Source of the DNA: a virus
Taxonomy: Duplodnaviria; Heunggongvirae; Uroviricota; Caudoviricetes
Direction: 5' to 3' (one strand)
Length of the DNA: 64,000 bases
IMG/VR virus record: IMGVR_UViG_3300027833_000012
Span: 112,257 to 176,256 of that record
Position 1 is the stretch's first letter, and every line of letters begins with the position of its first letter. The notes beneath the pieces are model-generated. The model saw only the letters and a program-made list of their open reading frames with translations, searched no databases and was not told where the DNA came from. The position numbers were made by a program, and so were the translations under genes. Positions 40,001 through 49,394 of the stretch are shown piece after piece.

Positions 40001-42278
40001 GCTTATTTTCATTTAAGTTTTCATGAAAATTTAAACCTTCAAAATCATTAGTTACTGGAATGTATGTTCTAAAATTATTTGTTTGTAGATTAGTTTCTCT
40101 ATCTAATATATATTCATATTTATAATACTGTTTAGTACCTTCTATAGTTATTTCTTTTAATATATTTCTTTCTTGTTTTTCACTAAGAGAATAATTCCCT
40201 CTAGGTCCATATAATTTAATAATATCTTCTTTAGATAGTGATTCTATTTCCTTTATTATTTCTCTAGCATTTTTTCTAGTAAATTCAGTTTTAAATATAT
40301 TAAATAAATTTCTAGCTTCTAATTTACCTATCGTTGATAATGTTTTAGGTGTTTGTGAAATATTAGACACACCTAACCCTAAGAAACCTCTAAGTAAAAG
40401 GCATCTTATTGCTTCTTTAGGTGTACCAACACCTTCACTTATTAAAGCTGTTTTATAAGGGTTAACCGAAGTGCCATTATAATCACTATCCAAAGGTGAA
40501 ACTGGGTAGTAATTACTACCACCTAAATTATTTATAACTGAAGCTTTAATGTTTTCATCATTTCGAGCTATTTTTATCAATTTACTTAATAAATCTTCAA
40601 CGAATAGGATTTCTGGTATCTTTTCTTTTTCACTAGTCTTAAGTCCTTTACCAATCCATGTTTCTTGGTAAACACCATTTTTATCTTTCTCTCTATATTC
40701 TGGCCAAGGGTATATGTTGTTATCATCAGGGTTATCTGAATTTAATTTATTAACCTTATTCTTTAAAATACTATTTCTAACACTACTTGATTCTGCTTCA
40801 GATGAAACACTTTGTAATGTTTCTAAAAAAACTTCACAATGTACTGTTAACATTCTAAATATATTTTTAATTGTAGGTTCAAAGTCTAATTTTTTTGTAG
40901 CAATATTAGTTAATTTTTTAGAAACTATATCACGATTTAATTCTTCATATTTTACTAATCTTTTCTCTACCCTTTCTACCTCTTTATAACACTCCCTTAA
41001 GTCATATACAATTATTTTAGCATTACTTGGTGCATCTACAACATTATTATTAACTGATTGTATAATACCATCTAATAACTCTTGATAATCTTCTTTATCA
41101 CCACTATAACCCCCACTATTTGCTATATTATTAAAATTAACAGAATTAATATAATTTTGGTATGTTGAAACTGGAAGAGATGTTATTGTATTTATATTTT
41201 TTAACTTATTTATATCAAATTGTAAATCAGAATTTTCTATTTTACTATTAATTTTATCAGTTATTGTTTTATTTAACACTTTTTTTGCTTCATCAATACT
41301 TTCTTTATTTGATTGTAACAAAGTTTTACCATCATCACGTTTTTTAACTGCGGATGGGTTTACACCTATAATACCATTATTATCATCGAAATATGGTGAA
41401 TCTGTTGGTTTTAAATTTAACGATAATTCATTTATTATAAATTTAACACTTTTAAGACTTACTTTAATATCATTGATTGTATTAATTTCCTTTATTTCAT
41501 TATCATTATCCTTAAGTTTACTAAATTCGTCTTTAATGTTCTGAACATCATTTAAAAAATCATCGATAGTCTTTAAAGTAATATCTTTATCTTTAACGTT
41601 AAACTCGTCTTGAATCTTTTCGAATATCGTTGAACCTTTTTCTGTGTATACTGTGGCTCTGATAAGCCCTAAAAGCATGTCAGTTAATAAAGCATAGGTA
41701 TAACCCATGAAATCTGCCTTTATTTCAAAATTACCAGTTTTTGAATTAAAATTAGAACCCCAATTAGTTAAGTGTAAACAATATTTAACTGGCCTACCAA
41801 AATAACCCTTAACTGTTAATTCAAATATTGGGTATGGCATTTCGAAAAACATTCTATACTTTGAGTCAATACCTTGTTGGATTACGGATTGACCTCTAAC
41901 GTCTATGAATTTTATTTTAATTAATGGGGTATATGCAGTATCAAAATCTATATCAATACTTTCAATACCGAGTGCTTCTAAATCATCTTCACCGTTAACA
42001 CTGAAATTACTATTTATTTCAGTATAATTGGTTGTTAGACTTCTACCTGTATTACTCTTACTACCATCTAAAAATTTTATAACTTTACCTTTACCACCAC
42101 CATTATTAGTTATTGACCCACTTTCATCATTAACAGATATTATACTTCTACCCTTACTTATTGTTTGTAAATCAACATAAATACTTAAATCTTCATTAGG
42201 TATTAATCTACTATCATCTGCATTTGGTTCAACTAGTAATAATTTATTTGTTGAAACTTTTTTACTTTTATTAGCCAT
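37011..42278 (-). CDS. Large baseplate hub protein (gp27/late-control-D-like termini, large central insertion)
   Basis: N-term LGIESIDIDF..YTPLIKIKFIDVRG; C-term TEIEMMGNAMVQPMMYFHLNDIPLFRGAYMITKVTHSI; follows LysM/gp53-like gene. Confidence 0.65.
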   Translation of the reverse strand: MANKSKKVSTNKLLLVEPNADDSRLIPNEDLSIYVDLQTISKGRSIISVNDESGSITNNGGGKGKVIKFLDGSKSNTGRSLTTNYTEINSNFSVNGEDDLEALGIESIDIDFDTAYTPLIKIKFIDVRGQSVIQQGIDSKYRMFFEMPYPIFELTVKGYFGRPVKYCLHLTNWGSNFNSKTGNFEIKADFMGYTYALLTDMLLGLIRATVYTEKGSTIFEKIQDEFNVKDKDITLKTIDDFLNDVQNIKDEFSKLKDNDNEIKEINTINDIKVSLKSVKFIINELSLNLKPTDSPYFDDNNGIIGVNPSAVKKRDDGKTLLQSNKESIDEAKKVLNKTITDKINSKIENSDLQFDINKLKNINTITSLPVSTYQNYINSVNFNNIANSGGYSGDKEDYQELLDGIIQSVNNNVVDAPSNAKIIVYDLRECYKEVERVEKRLVKYEELNRDIVSKKLTNIATKKLDFEPTIKNIFRMLTVHCEVFLETLQSVSSEAESSSVRNSILKNKVNKLNSDNPDDNNIYPWPEYREKDKNGVYQETWIGKGLKTSEKEKIPEILFVEDLLSKLIKIARNDENIKASVINNLGGSNYYPVSPLDSDYNGTSVNPYKTALISEGVGTPKEAIRCLLLRGFLGLGVSNISQTPKTLSTIGKLEARNLFNIFKTEFTRKNAREIIKEIESLSKEDIIKLYGPRGNYSLSEKQERNILKEITIEGTKQYYKYEYILDRETNLQTNNFRTYIPVTNDFEGLNFHENLNENKRLKSIDDLKRLGNSTLFIGNNFGGLGNKTEDYDDGSKYFEILSETKYNSNNPTAPNTSGDIMTDYYKVIPKTTLVNSSTTLGAAYDKIRLSTLNPYSGRYNAQELFDLNFDDSTPKYKKDGANEGVASVTIGYFNEITESKGFNSDNFGGNYLARFKKGEDKNYDETDSYFCKGCGTPKYKTSNLNRRLSSTDLPSEFGKQREILGDLYGETKNDNNVDDIYTPFIDFGINDGNQILGSFCNYFSLFGSRFYYGQKSIEAKAFLFLNTFGWEGIIGEQIETDFYYFIDEGVSLFDGINTNSDGDSKSFRDKDETFLLKGLFGANASFIKAPKLWCAFIGSLLYRYQQGLNGDDIITFKDDNSDPLCAWQKSESRVPRHDEYIRSRANQNSSFGLLLDFNDDNEYPKVDEILLRLPKQIKDAFINSFTDFANKGDFKLLKDNLEIFNVTSLVGFDNLWGEINSLKEEFTFPNGIQKSYKISKSGIQTLIDEGKLNSHVLDSYSDISPLSEYPWNKNNDVGSNIYQINLKLKPTAKGNKILNNLLKANNVILNNNPKAFNSRVTTTSGVGYEDIIVPKVEFDLFLDNFCNEFKSLAKKWRSGEDNETSDLENKLFKSVDNDAIKLNLYRTLSSIYNKWLGDSKSIFGQCGVSSYDTKIAKKERNSEPRLIDSFRFLDRAFTSIGDEFYINPLAVSDLIVNNYNQSFFDLSNRVLSDNNFNFIALPSFVNFNNVDDVADMFKPYTYNDLANNDGKLEVGPSFVCTYIGQTSTNLNMGNSYQHPDDGVYIRYANGNPDGAPVDFLNQKIGDGDLNIPMIAVSYGRDNQSFFKDIKLDQREFSETAESLQIIEDISKDANKRSPSYVGQNLFNVYQKRSYSTEIEMMGNAMVQPMMYFHLNDIPLFRGAYMITKVTHSIKAHNMTTKMKGVRVKAGKTPLVDAPTLFMDLLGPLDGGGSAEKVGGTKSNEGTRKDFKIIPSNSDDNGDDNDNGINGIIIEL

Positions 42279-42588
42279 ATAATTTTTTATATTTTTCTAC
42301 TGATTCTAAATATCTCTCAATAGCTGAATTAAATGGGAATGGTACTCTTATTATATCCCTATCTTTGATGTTAAATTCTAACCCACCGTATTGTGGGTTA
42401 GCGAGCATTATTAAATACCCATGATATGGGTTATTATAATACTTTTGACTTAATATGTCAAGTCTTGTCTCACCTAACTTATAAACCACGTTTTTATCTG
42501 TATTATTATCTTCTATTTTTAATCCTGGGATAGGTTTTATCACCCCGTTTTCTTTAAAATTTTTATATCTATCAAAATATTCAGCCAT
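42271..42588 (-). CDS. Baseplate protein, LysM/gp53/tail-X-like
   Basis: YKLGETRLDILSQKYYNNPYHGYLIMLANP...IIRVP. Confidence 0.75.
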   Translation of the reverse strand: MAEYFDRYKNFKENGVIKPIPGLKIEDNNTDKNVVYKLGETRLDILSQKYYNNPYHGYLIMLANPQYGGLEFNIKDRDIIRVPFPFNSAIERYLESVEKYKKLYG

Positions 42589-42600
42589 AACTTTTAATTT

Positions 42601-45600
42601 TTAAATTCCCACTTCTTTAGCTAAGTTTATATTATTACTTAACCCAGTTATCCAATCAACCTTAAGTGTGCCGTATGGTAGATTGATAATCTCATTAATT
42701 ATTTCATTTTCTTCTTCAAATAAGAATATATCTATTAATATTAAACCATTAGTTGATTCAGAAATTATAATCTCATCATCACTAGCAATACCCGATGCGT
42801 TTTCACCAGTTATTATGAAACTACCCTCACCATTAGGGTTAGCTATTACTTTACCTAATAGTAAATTATTCGTATTAGTCATAAAATCATTCACTATAAT
42901 ATTAGCACTAAATTCACCATTTAAAGTATAAGTAGAATTACTCTTATGTTTATACTCAAAACCTAATGTTATAACGTCATCATCTTCATCTTTAAAATAT
43001 GAAACTAATTTTAATCCATCAATAACATCAACATCATCTTCAACATTATCAATTGATTCAATATCCTCAATATCTTGTAATGCTTCAAATTCAGCTAGGA
43101 CTTCTTGACTTACAATTAATTCACCCTCAGTTAATGATTTATCTTTATCAGCCTCATTAATTTTATCAGTTTTATCTGGAAAAGAACCAGCAATTAATTC
43201 ACCACTTAATTCACCTGGTTTACCATTAACCTTAACTTTTTCAGCTCTTGGGTCATAAACCTCAGTATTTGCAAAATAATTAAATGAAATTGCATTTTGT
43301 AATTTATTAATTGGTGAATTTAAACTTGAACCACCAATAAATGCAAAACTCATATTTACAGTTACTATCATCGGTTGAACACCAACACCTTCTGGGTTTA
43401 AATCCCAAACTAAAGGTTCATAATCAAAACTTAAATTATCTATAATTATTTTAGTATGGTAAAAATCACCTAATCTAAGTATACATACAGGTGGTCTACC
43501 AAACGCTAAATTCTCTGGTTGGTCTTTATCATTTGTTGTTGGTCCTTGCCTAGTACATTGTTGTAAAAAGTTAAGTCTAGAATTGAAACCTTCTGGTGTA
43601 ATTGAATGGAATCCAGGATGAAAATATTTTATTTTATCACTTATTCCATTAAATACAACTCTATCAGTTTGCTCTAGTTTTTCAAAATAATTACATTCAG
43701 TATAAAATCTAGATACTGGGATATTTAAAGTTTTATCTGGTTCATTAACATCTTTAGCGATAACTTCGGGTTCTATTTCTTTTTTCAATTTTGGGTCATA
43801 CTCTAATTTTATACTAACCTTTCTAACCCTTTTACATTCTTCTCTATCTTGACCACCTTTACCAGTACAACCTGTTCCAGTTTCTCCTTCACCACTAAGT
43901 TCTACCTTAACTCTACGCTCACCAAATAAATCATCCGATGAAATTATACCACTTTCCCCAGTTAACCATGTTTTTACACTATTAGCTCTATTTAAAGACA
44001 ATGTATCGTTCTTACTACTACCACCTTGTTGACTAGCATAACCAACTATTTTAAATCTACAATATTTACATTTATTAGATAGGTATGATTTTATCTTTTC
44101 AGTGAATAACGGGTCTTGCCAACCACCATTTATTACCTCACCAGCAATATCAATAGTTTGAGATTGACCATTAAGACCAAAATTTGTTAAATCAGTATAT
44201 GGTGTTCCGTCACCACCGACAGTACCTGTACCATATGTTGTAAATAACCCAAACCCACTTATTGGTGGTGCTTCAGAATTAAATGGGTTATTAATTAAAC
44301 CACCAGGTGTTATTTCATAATCTATTTTTTCATTAGGTGTTTCTGAAAGATTTTTTAAACCATTTTCATAAAGTACTGGTAAGGCAAAGTCATCATTAGG
44401 GAAGTATATATCGAAATCTACAGCTTTAACATCTTCATCATCTGTTGTTGTTTTAACCTTAACATTTTCTGATACTTCAAGAGAATTCTTTTCATCTTCA
44501 CTAAGTAACCTTTCCCTAAATTCTGGTATATCAAGACAACCAGCAATCATTGAATTTATTTTCTCATCTTTTTGAAAATTATCAAGAGTATCATTCATGA
44601 AATTTAAGTAATTAGGGTGGTCAATAACTATTTTCCAAGATAAATTACCAATTCTTTCAGTATTATTGTACGTGTATAAAGGTTCACCTCTACCTATGAA
44701 ATTATTCTTATCCCAATTAACTGATGTTGATTCACTGAATGAAATATCATAAGGTGGGAACCACATTATTCTACCTTTTTTACCAGTTAATAAATCACCA
44801 TCACCAATTTCACATGGTAATAATTTAGCTAGACTACCACTATCTGCCCAAGCTAAATTCTCAATTGAAAACATGAACTTTTTAATATTATCACCCTTGT
44901 ATGGTCCTATTTTAGCAAAACCATTATCATCTAATACTGAAAAACCACTATAATCATCACTCTTAATTCTTGGTACACTATTTAAATCACTATGCTTTTG
45001 CATATCTTGTACTTGGCTGTATCTATCAAAAGTTGTCCAAGTTCTACAAAATACATTATCAGCACTTAAGTCACCACCATTTTCAAAAGCTACTTGACTT
45101 AAGACACCACTACCCTTAGACATAAAACCTAATTGAACATTACTTTGTATTTCACTAGACTCTTGTGCATTGACAGCTTTACCAGACACTAGTGTTCTCA
45201 TTCTATTAGTTTTAAATAGTGATTGAGTTTTGTATAATAAAGTTTTAGGGTTGGTGAATGTTTTATTTTGATTAGCTGGACTATCTTCTACTTTATTATC
45301 CCTTTCATCAATCCAAGAATGTTGTTTAACCACACCACCATCATTACCAAAAACGTAAATATCGTCAGTTCTTTCATCAAATCCACTATTATTTATTAAA
45401 CCATCCAACTTATAAGTTGATTGAGCCATTGGTGAGTTAGAATCAGTATTATTTGTTGCCTCTATATTTAGGAAATCAATAACTTTACCACTATTATCAC
45501 CAAATGCGTAAATACTTGGATTTATACCATCAGCAGTGTTAGCACCCTTACTAATTCTAGTATCTTCAAATGCTGGTGCATAACCACCTCTTTTTCCTAT

Positions 45601-46593
45601 TAAATTTGGATTAAGGTTAGAATTAATATTACCAAATAATGCTAATACTTGACCTTTACCAGTATTAATAATCATATTATTAGCTCTTTCAATATTAGCA
45701 ACACCTACATTTGTTTTTGTACTGAATGTGTATATTGAAGCTGACTCATCTAAAATACTAACAGGTCTTTTGAAACCTACCATTTTTTCAAGTAAATCAA
45801 CACCCTTACCTAAAGTACTCTTGGCAACAGTTATTTTATAATTAGGAACTATTAAATCACCACCCATAGCTAAACTAAGTGGATTGGTATTTATATTACC
45901 AATTGTTTCTTCTTGAACGTTAAAAGCTATGTTATTACCAATAGCAGTTGCTAAGTAACCAACACCTAGTTGACCTAATTTTGTATCATTTATTAAACCA
46001 CCAGCATTTAAAACTCTACCAGCTAAAGAACTTCTAACATCAAAATCAGGTACTAACCCACCACCATTAGGGTCGAAACCTACACCACCACCAGATAGTA
46101 AACTACCTATAACGTCTAAAGGTTGAGTTGAAGGACCACCAATATTTAAATTACCATTCTCATCTAAATAAGAATCCATTTGCATAATTGGTGCACCAGT
46201 AGTGTTAGTTAATAAAGAAACAGGTTGGTTATCTGTATTTGAAGATTTGTAAGTGTTTTTAGATAAATTTGTAGTTTGATATTCATCACTATTCGTTAAA
46301 ACACTTGATAATGAAGATTCACCAGGAATATACTCTATACCAATCTGTTGGTAATCATTATCCTCTACTTGGAATTTATTATTAATTATGTTTAAATCTT
46401 TATGGAATTCTCCTTCAACTTCTATATCTGGTGAAGCTGAAACTGACTCAGGTGGTAACCCTACGTTAGTAGGAAAACCAACTCCATTTAATAAAGATTC
46501 TAAACCATTATTTGAAATTGTGTCTGAAACTATATTTCTATTAAGTAAGAAATCTCTAAGACTTGGTGATACACTATTTATACTGTTTGGCAT
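42601..46593 (-). CDS. Tail-tube initiator/baseplate protein with inserted OmpA-like peptidoglycan-binding domain
   Basis: IMWFPPYDISFSESTSVNW...IGRGEPLYTYNNTER and FGRPPVCILRLGDFYHTKIIIDNLSFDY flank IYFPND...GYASQQG...NDTLSLNRANSVKTWL...RVRKVSI. Confidence 0.7.
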   Translation of the reverse strand: MPNSINSVSPSLRDFLLNRNIVSDTISNNGLESLLNGVGFPTNVGLPPESVSASPDIEVEGEFHKDLNIINNKFQVEDNDYQQIGIEYIPGESSLSSVLTNSDEYQTTNLSKNTYKSSNTDNQPVSLLTNTTGAPIMQMDSYLDENGNLNIGGPSTQPLDVIGSLLSGGGVGFDPNGGGLVPDFDVRSSLAGRVLNAGGLINDTKLGQLGVGYLATAIGNNIAFNVQEETIGNINTNPLSLAMGGDLIVPNYKITVAKSTLGKGVDLLEKMVGFKRPVSILDESASIYTFSTKTNVGVANIERANNMIINTGKGQVLALFGNINSNLNPNLIGKRGGYAPAFEDTRISKGANTADGINPSIYAFGDNSGKVIDFLNIEATNNTDSNSPMAQSTYKLDGLINNSGFDERTDDIYVFGNDGGVVKQHSWIDERDNKVEDSPANQNKTFTNPKTLLYKTQSLFKTNRMRTLVSGKAVNAQESSEIQSNVQLGFMSKGSGVLSQVAFENGGDLSADNVFCRTWTTFDRYSQVQDMQKHSDLNSVPRIKSDDYSGFSVLDDNGFAKIGPYKGDNIKKFMFSIENLAWADSGSLAKLLPCEIGDGDLLTGKKGRIMWFPPYDISFSESTSVNWDKNNFIGRGEPLYTYNNTERIGNLSWKIVIDHPNYLNFMNDTLDNFQKDEKINSMIAGCLDIPEFRERLLSEDEKNSLEVSENVKVKTTTDDEDVKAVDFDIYFPNDDFALPVLYENGLKNLSETPNEKIDYEITPGGLINNPFNSEAPPISGFGLFTTYGTGTVGGDGTPYTDLTNFGLNGQSQTIDIAGEVINGGWQDPLFTEKIKSYLSNKCKYCRFKIVGYASQQGGSSKNDTLSLNRANSVKTWLTGESGIISSDDLFGERRVKVELSGEGETGTGCTGKGGQDREECKRVRKVSIKLEYDPKLKKEIEPEVIAKDVNEPDKTLNIPVSRFYTECNYFEKLEQTDRVVFNGISDKIKYFHPGFHSITPEGFNSRLNFLQQCTRQGPTTNDKDQPENLAFGRPPVCILRLGDFYHTKIIIDNLSFDYEPLVWDLNPEGVGVQPMIVTVNMSFAFIGGSSLNSPINKLQNAISFNYFANTEVYDPRAEKVKVNGKPGELSGELIAGSFPDKTDKINEADKDKSLTEGELIVSQEVLAEFEALQDIEDIESIDNVEDDVDVIDGLKLVSYFKDEDDDVITLGFEYKHKSNSTYTLNGEFSANIIVNDFMTNTNNLLLGKVIANPNGEGSFIITGENASGIASDDEIIISESTNGLILIDIFLFEEENEIINEIINLPYGTLKVDWITGLSNNINLAKEVGI

Positions 46594-46654
46594 AATATTA
46601 TTACTTTTATTATATAAATATTATGTTAATCAATTTATGTATAAAATAAATACT

Positions 46655-46852
46655 TATAACTATAATATTATTTAAATTATTATTTAATTATAGTTATATA
46701 TATTATTATTTAATTATAGTTATATATATTATTATTTAATTATAGTTATATATATTATTATTTAATTATAGTTATATATATATTATTATTTAATTATAGT
46801 TATATATATATTATTATTTAATTATAGTTATATATATTATTTATAGTTATAT
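46655..46852. repeat. Near-pure-AT tandem array (6 x 26-28 bp) with upstream inverted partial copy
   Basis: Unit TATTATTTAATTATAGTTATATATAT(AT) at 46678, 46704, 46730, 46756, 46784, 46812; partial copy to ~46852; TATAACTATAAT (reverse complement of unit core) at 46655-46666. Confidence 0.95.
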
Positions 46853-46867
46853 TTTTCTTTGTTAGAA

Positions 46868-46899
46868 CAAACATACCGAAATAAATTTACAAAGTCAAG
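46868..46899 (-). promoter_or_regulatory. Bacteroidota-type promoter firing into the AT array
   Basis: Minus strand CTTG-N20-TATGTTTG. Confidence 0.65.
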
Positions 46900-46921
46900 G
46901 TTAAGAGATTAAAATTTTATA

Positions 46922-49390
46922 TTATAGTGGGTTTGGGTTCAATTTACCACCTCCAATGGCCATTCTAACTTCTTCCTGTATCTTAGTCGTAATATCTCTA
47001 ATAAACTCTCTATCGTTAGATAAACCATCTCCAATCGTGTCTAACCAAGAACTATCAGACTTGATATTTATATTTATGTTTAAATCGTTAAATTTATGTA
47101 ACATTTTACCATCAACACTAGAATTACCACCACCAGTTATAGCTTTAGCCAAATCTTTATTCCCGTTAACATTAGTACCAGCAATCATAGTATTATCATC
47201 AACGTTCATAAATTTATCATTACCATGAAATTGTATAACACCATCTTTAACTTGAGTTGCCTTTTGTTTAGTGTCACCAAATATAACATCACCAGAAGCG
47301 TCACCTATTTTATCACCAGCTAAACCACCAGCAATACCACCAATCAAACCACCAATAGCTGTACCAACACCTGGGAATACCATAGTTCCAATTGTAGCAC
47401 CTAAAGCCGCACCTCCCCATGCACCACCTCCAGAAGCTAAAGCTCTAACACCAGTCCTACCTACATTCTCACCAGTATCCATACCATTTTCTTTATTAGT
47501 AGTGTATTCATCGTATCCACTAATACCAGCTGATAATACACCAGCACCAGCACCACCAATCCCTTTAGCGAATTTTAACATTTTACCACCTTTACTTGCA
47601 ATTCCACCTCCAGCAGATGCAACACCACCTCCAGCAGATGCTACTGTATTAAACCCCATACCTAATTGTACCCCATTAGCGTACCATTTAATCGCACTAC
47701 CGAGTAAAGAAAGTCCTAGTGTACTTATAGCAGTAATCAATGGGTTATCAATCATAAAACCACCTACAGTACCAATAATATCAGCAGCAGTCTTACCGAA
47801 GTCCTCTATTTTTTTAAAAACCTCTTTATCCTTAAGCATTGTCATGAAATCTTTTAAAGGTTTTTCCAAACCAGATTGTAAACCTCTAGCAAATGGTAGT
47901 AATGTAGATTTAAAAATATCTCCCATATTTTTAATAATATCATCAAATGTCTCACCATTTTTAGCTCTTTCAGCAAGTGTTTCTTTTTGGTTTTTATAAT
48001 CATCAAGTATAGCGTCATTTAACTCACTAATCTTTAGTGGGTCATTTGTACCTAATCTAACAACAGCTTCACCATCTTTATTAATCTGAGCTAAAGATGC
48101 TACTAATTCTCTATCTTCATCATCTACAATTGAACTAGATACCATTGAACCAAATCTTTCAATCTTTTTTTGTTGTACAGCCATTTCCTGTAATTTCTCA
48201 ACAGCAATACCAGTAGTATTTGAAATCTCACGCATCCTATCAGCGGCCAAACCACCTTGAATTTCAAAAGAATTTGTTTCTTTATTATAACTTACAAATT
48301 CAGCTGTTGCTTTACCTATATCTTTTGCAAAACCAGCAAAATCATTTCTAGCTTTAAACATTAATTGCATAGGGTCACCTAACTTTGCGAATTCACCACC
48401 CATAACTTGTAATTTAGCAGCCATCTCAACAGCACCTTCTGGTCTAAAAACTTTTTCAGCTAATCCAGAAATACCATCCATATCTAATTTAAGTCTAGCA
48501 GCTTCATTAGCCATTTTAGCTAAACCAGCAACCCCACCTTTAAATGTAAATCTCTGAGCTAACCTTAAATTCTTTTGTAGGTTTTTAACAGCCTTATCTG
48601 AGTTAACACCCATTTTAGCGGCAGTTTGAACAGTCTCTTCCACTAAGTCTCTAGAACCAGTTACAGACATACCAAATTTATCCATTTCAGAAGCCATCAT
48701 AGCAGCACCTTCAGCACCTAAACCAGTACCCTTAGCCATCTCACCTATTGCCACTAAACCTTCTTCACTTAGAATTACTGACCTACCTATCTCTTCAGAA
48801 TAACTTTGTTGTGCTTTAGCTAAATCTTTAGTTTGGATACCCCAATCATAAGTAGTCTTAGATGCAGTATTTATGTTATCTGCAAATCCATCAGAATTAG
48901 CCTTAACAATATTCATACTTTTACCACTATCCCTTATAGCTTTATCAACTTCAAAAATACCAGTACTTTTTAATTTACCATAACCTGATTTAATTAATCC
49001 TGGTGTGGCCTTAAGACCCTTTTGGATACTATTCCAACCCAAAGCTAATTTATTAACACTACCAACCTGTGTTGCTAATTCTTTAGTAGCATCTTCTTGA
49101 ACTTTAAGATTTGCTTTATTACTTTTTAATATCTTTTTTAAAGCCTTTGCTTTTTGTTTATTATCAGAAATTTCTTGTTTTGATAATCCTAAAGTATTAT
49201 TCTTTAAATCAGAAATTTCTTTTTCTAAAAGCTTGTTTTGTTCTTTAATGAAATTAATATTTTTTTCAGCCTCACCAATATCTTTAACCGCTTTTAAATA
49301 CTTACTTGCATCTTCAGTTAAATCTTTTTGTAGTTTAGCATTTTCCTGTAAACTTTTTTTCCACTTATTGAATTCTTTATTGCTATCCAT
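46922..49390 (-). CDS. Tail tape measure protein
   Basis: Long helical Ala/Lys-rich sequence, position downstream of sheath/tube/chaperone, C-terminal glycine zipper GGAWGGAALGATIG...GGLIGGIAGGLAG. Confidence 0.8.
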   Translation of the reverse strand: MDSNKEFNKWKKSLQENAKLQKDLTEDASKYLKAVKDIGEAEKNINFIKEQNKLLEKEISDLKNNTLGLSKQEISDNKQKAKALKKILKSNKANLKVQEDATKELATQVGSVNKLALGWNSIQKGLKATPGLIKSGYGKLKSTGIFEVDKAIRDSGKSMNIVKANSDGFADNINTASKTTYDWGIQTKDLAKAQQSYSEEIGRSVILSEEGLVAIGEMAKGTGLGAEGAAMMASEMDKFGMSVTGSRDLVEETVQTAAKMGVNSDKAVKNLQKNLRLAQRFTFKGGVAGLAKMANEAARLKLDMDGISGLAEKVFRPEGAVEMAAKLQVMGGEFAKLGDPMQLMFKARNDFAGFAKDIGKATAEFVSYNKETNSFEIQGGLAADRMREISNTTGIAVEKLQEMAVQQKKIERFGSMVSSSIVDDEDRELVASLAQINKDGEAVVRLGTNDPLKISELNDAILDDYKNQKETLAERAKNGETFDDIIKNMGDIFKSTLLPFARGLQSGLEKPLKDFMTMLKDKEVFKKIEDFGKTAADIIGTVGGFMIDNPLITAISTLGLSLLGSAIKWYANGVQLGMGFNTVASAGGGVASAGGGIASKGGKMLKFAKGIGGAGAGVLSAGISGYDEYTTNKENGMDTGENVGRTGVRALASGGGAWGGAALGATIGTMVFPGVGTAIGGLIGGIAGGLAGDKIGDASGDVIFGDTKQKATQVKDGVIQFHGNDKFMNVDDNTMIAGTNVNGNKDLAKAITGGGNSSVDGKMLHKFNDLNININIKSDSSWLDTIGDGLSNDREFIRDITTKIQEEVRMAIGGGKLNPNPL

Positions 49391-49394
49391 AATA

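Noticed and set aside
46678-46852. AT array as a CRISPR array or coding repeat
   Set aside because: Units abut with no unique spacers, no cas genes are present, and each unit carries stop codons
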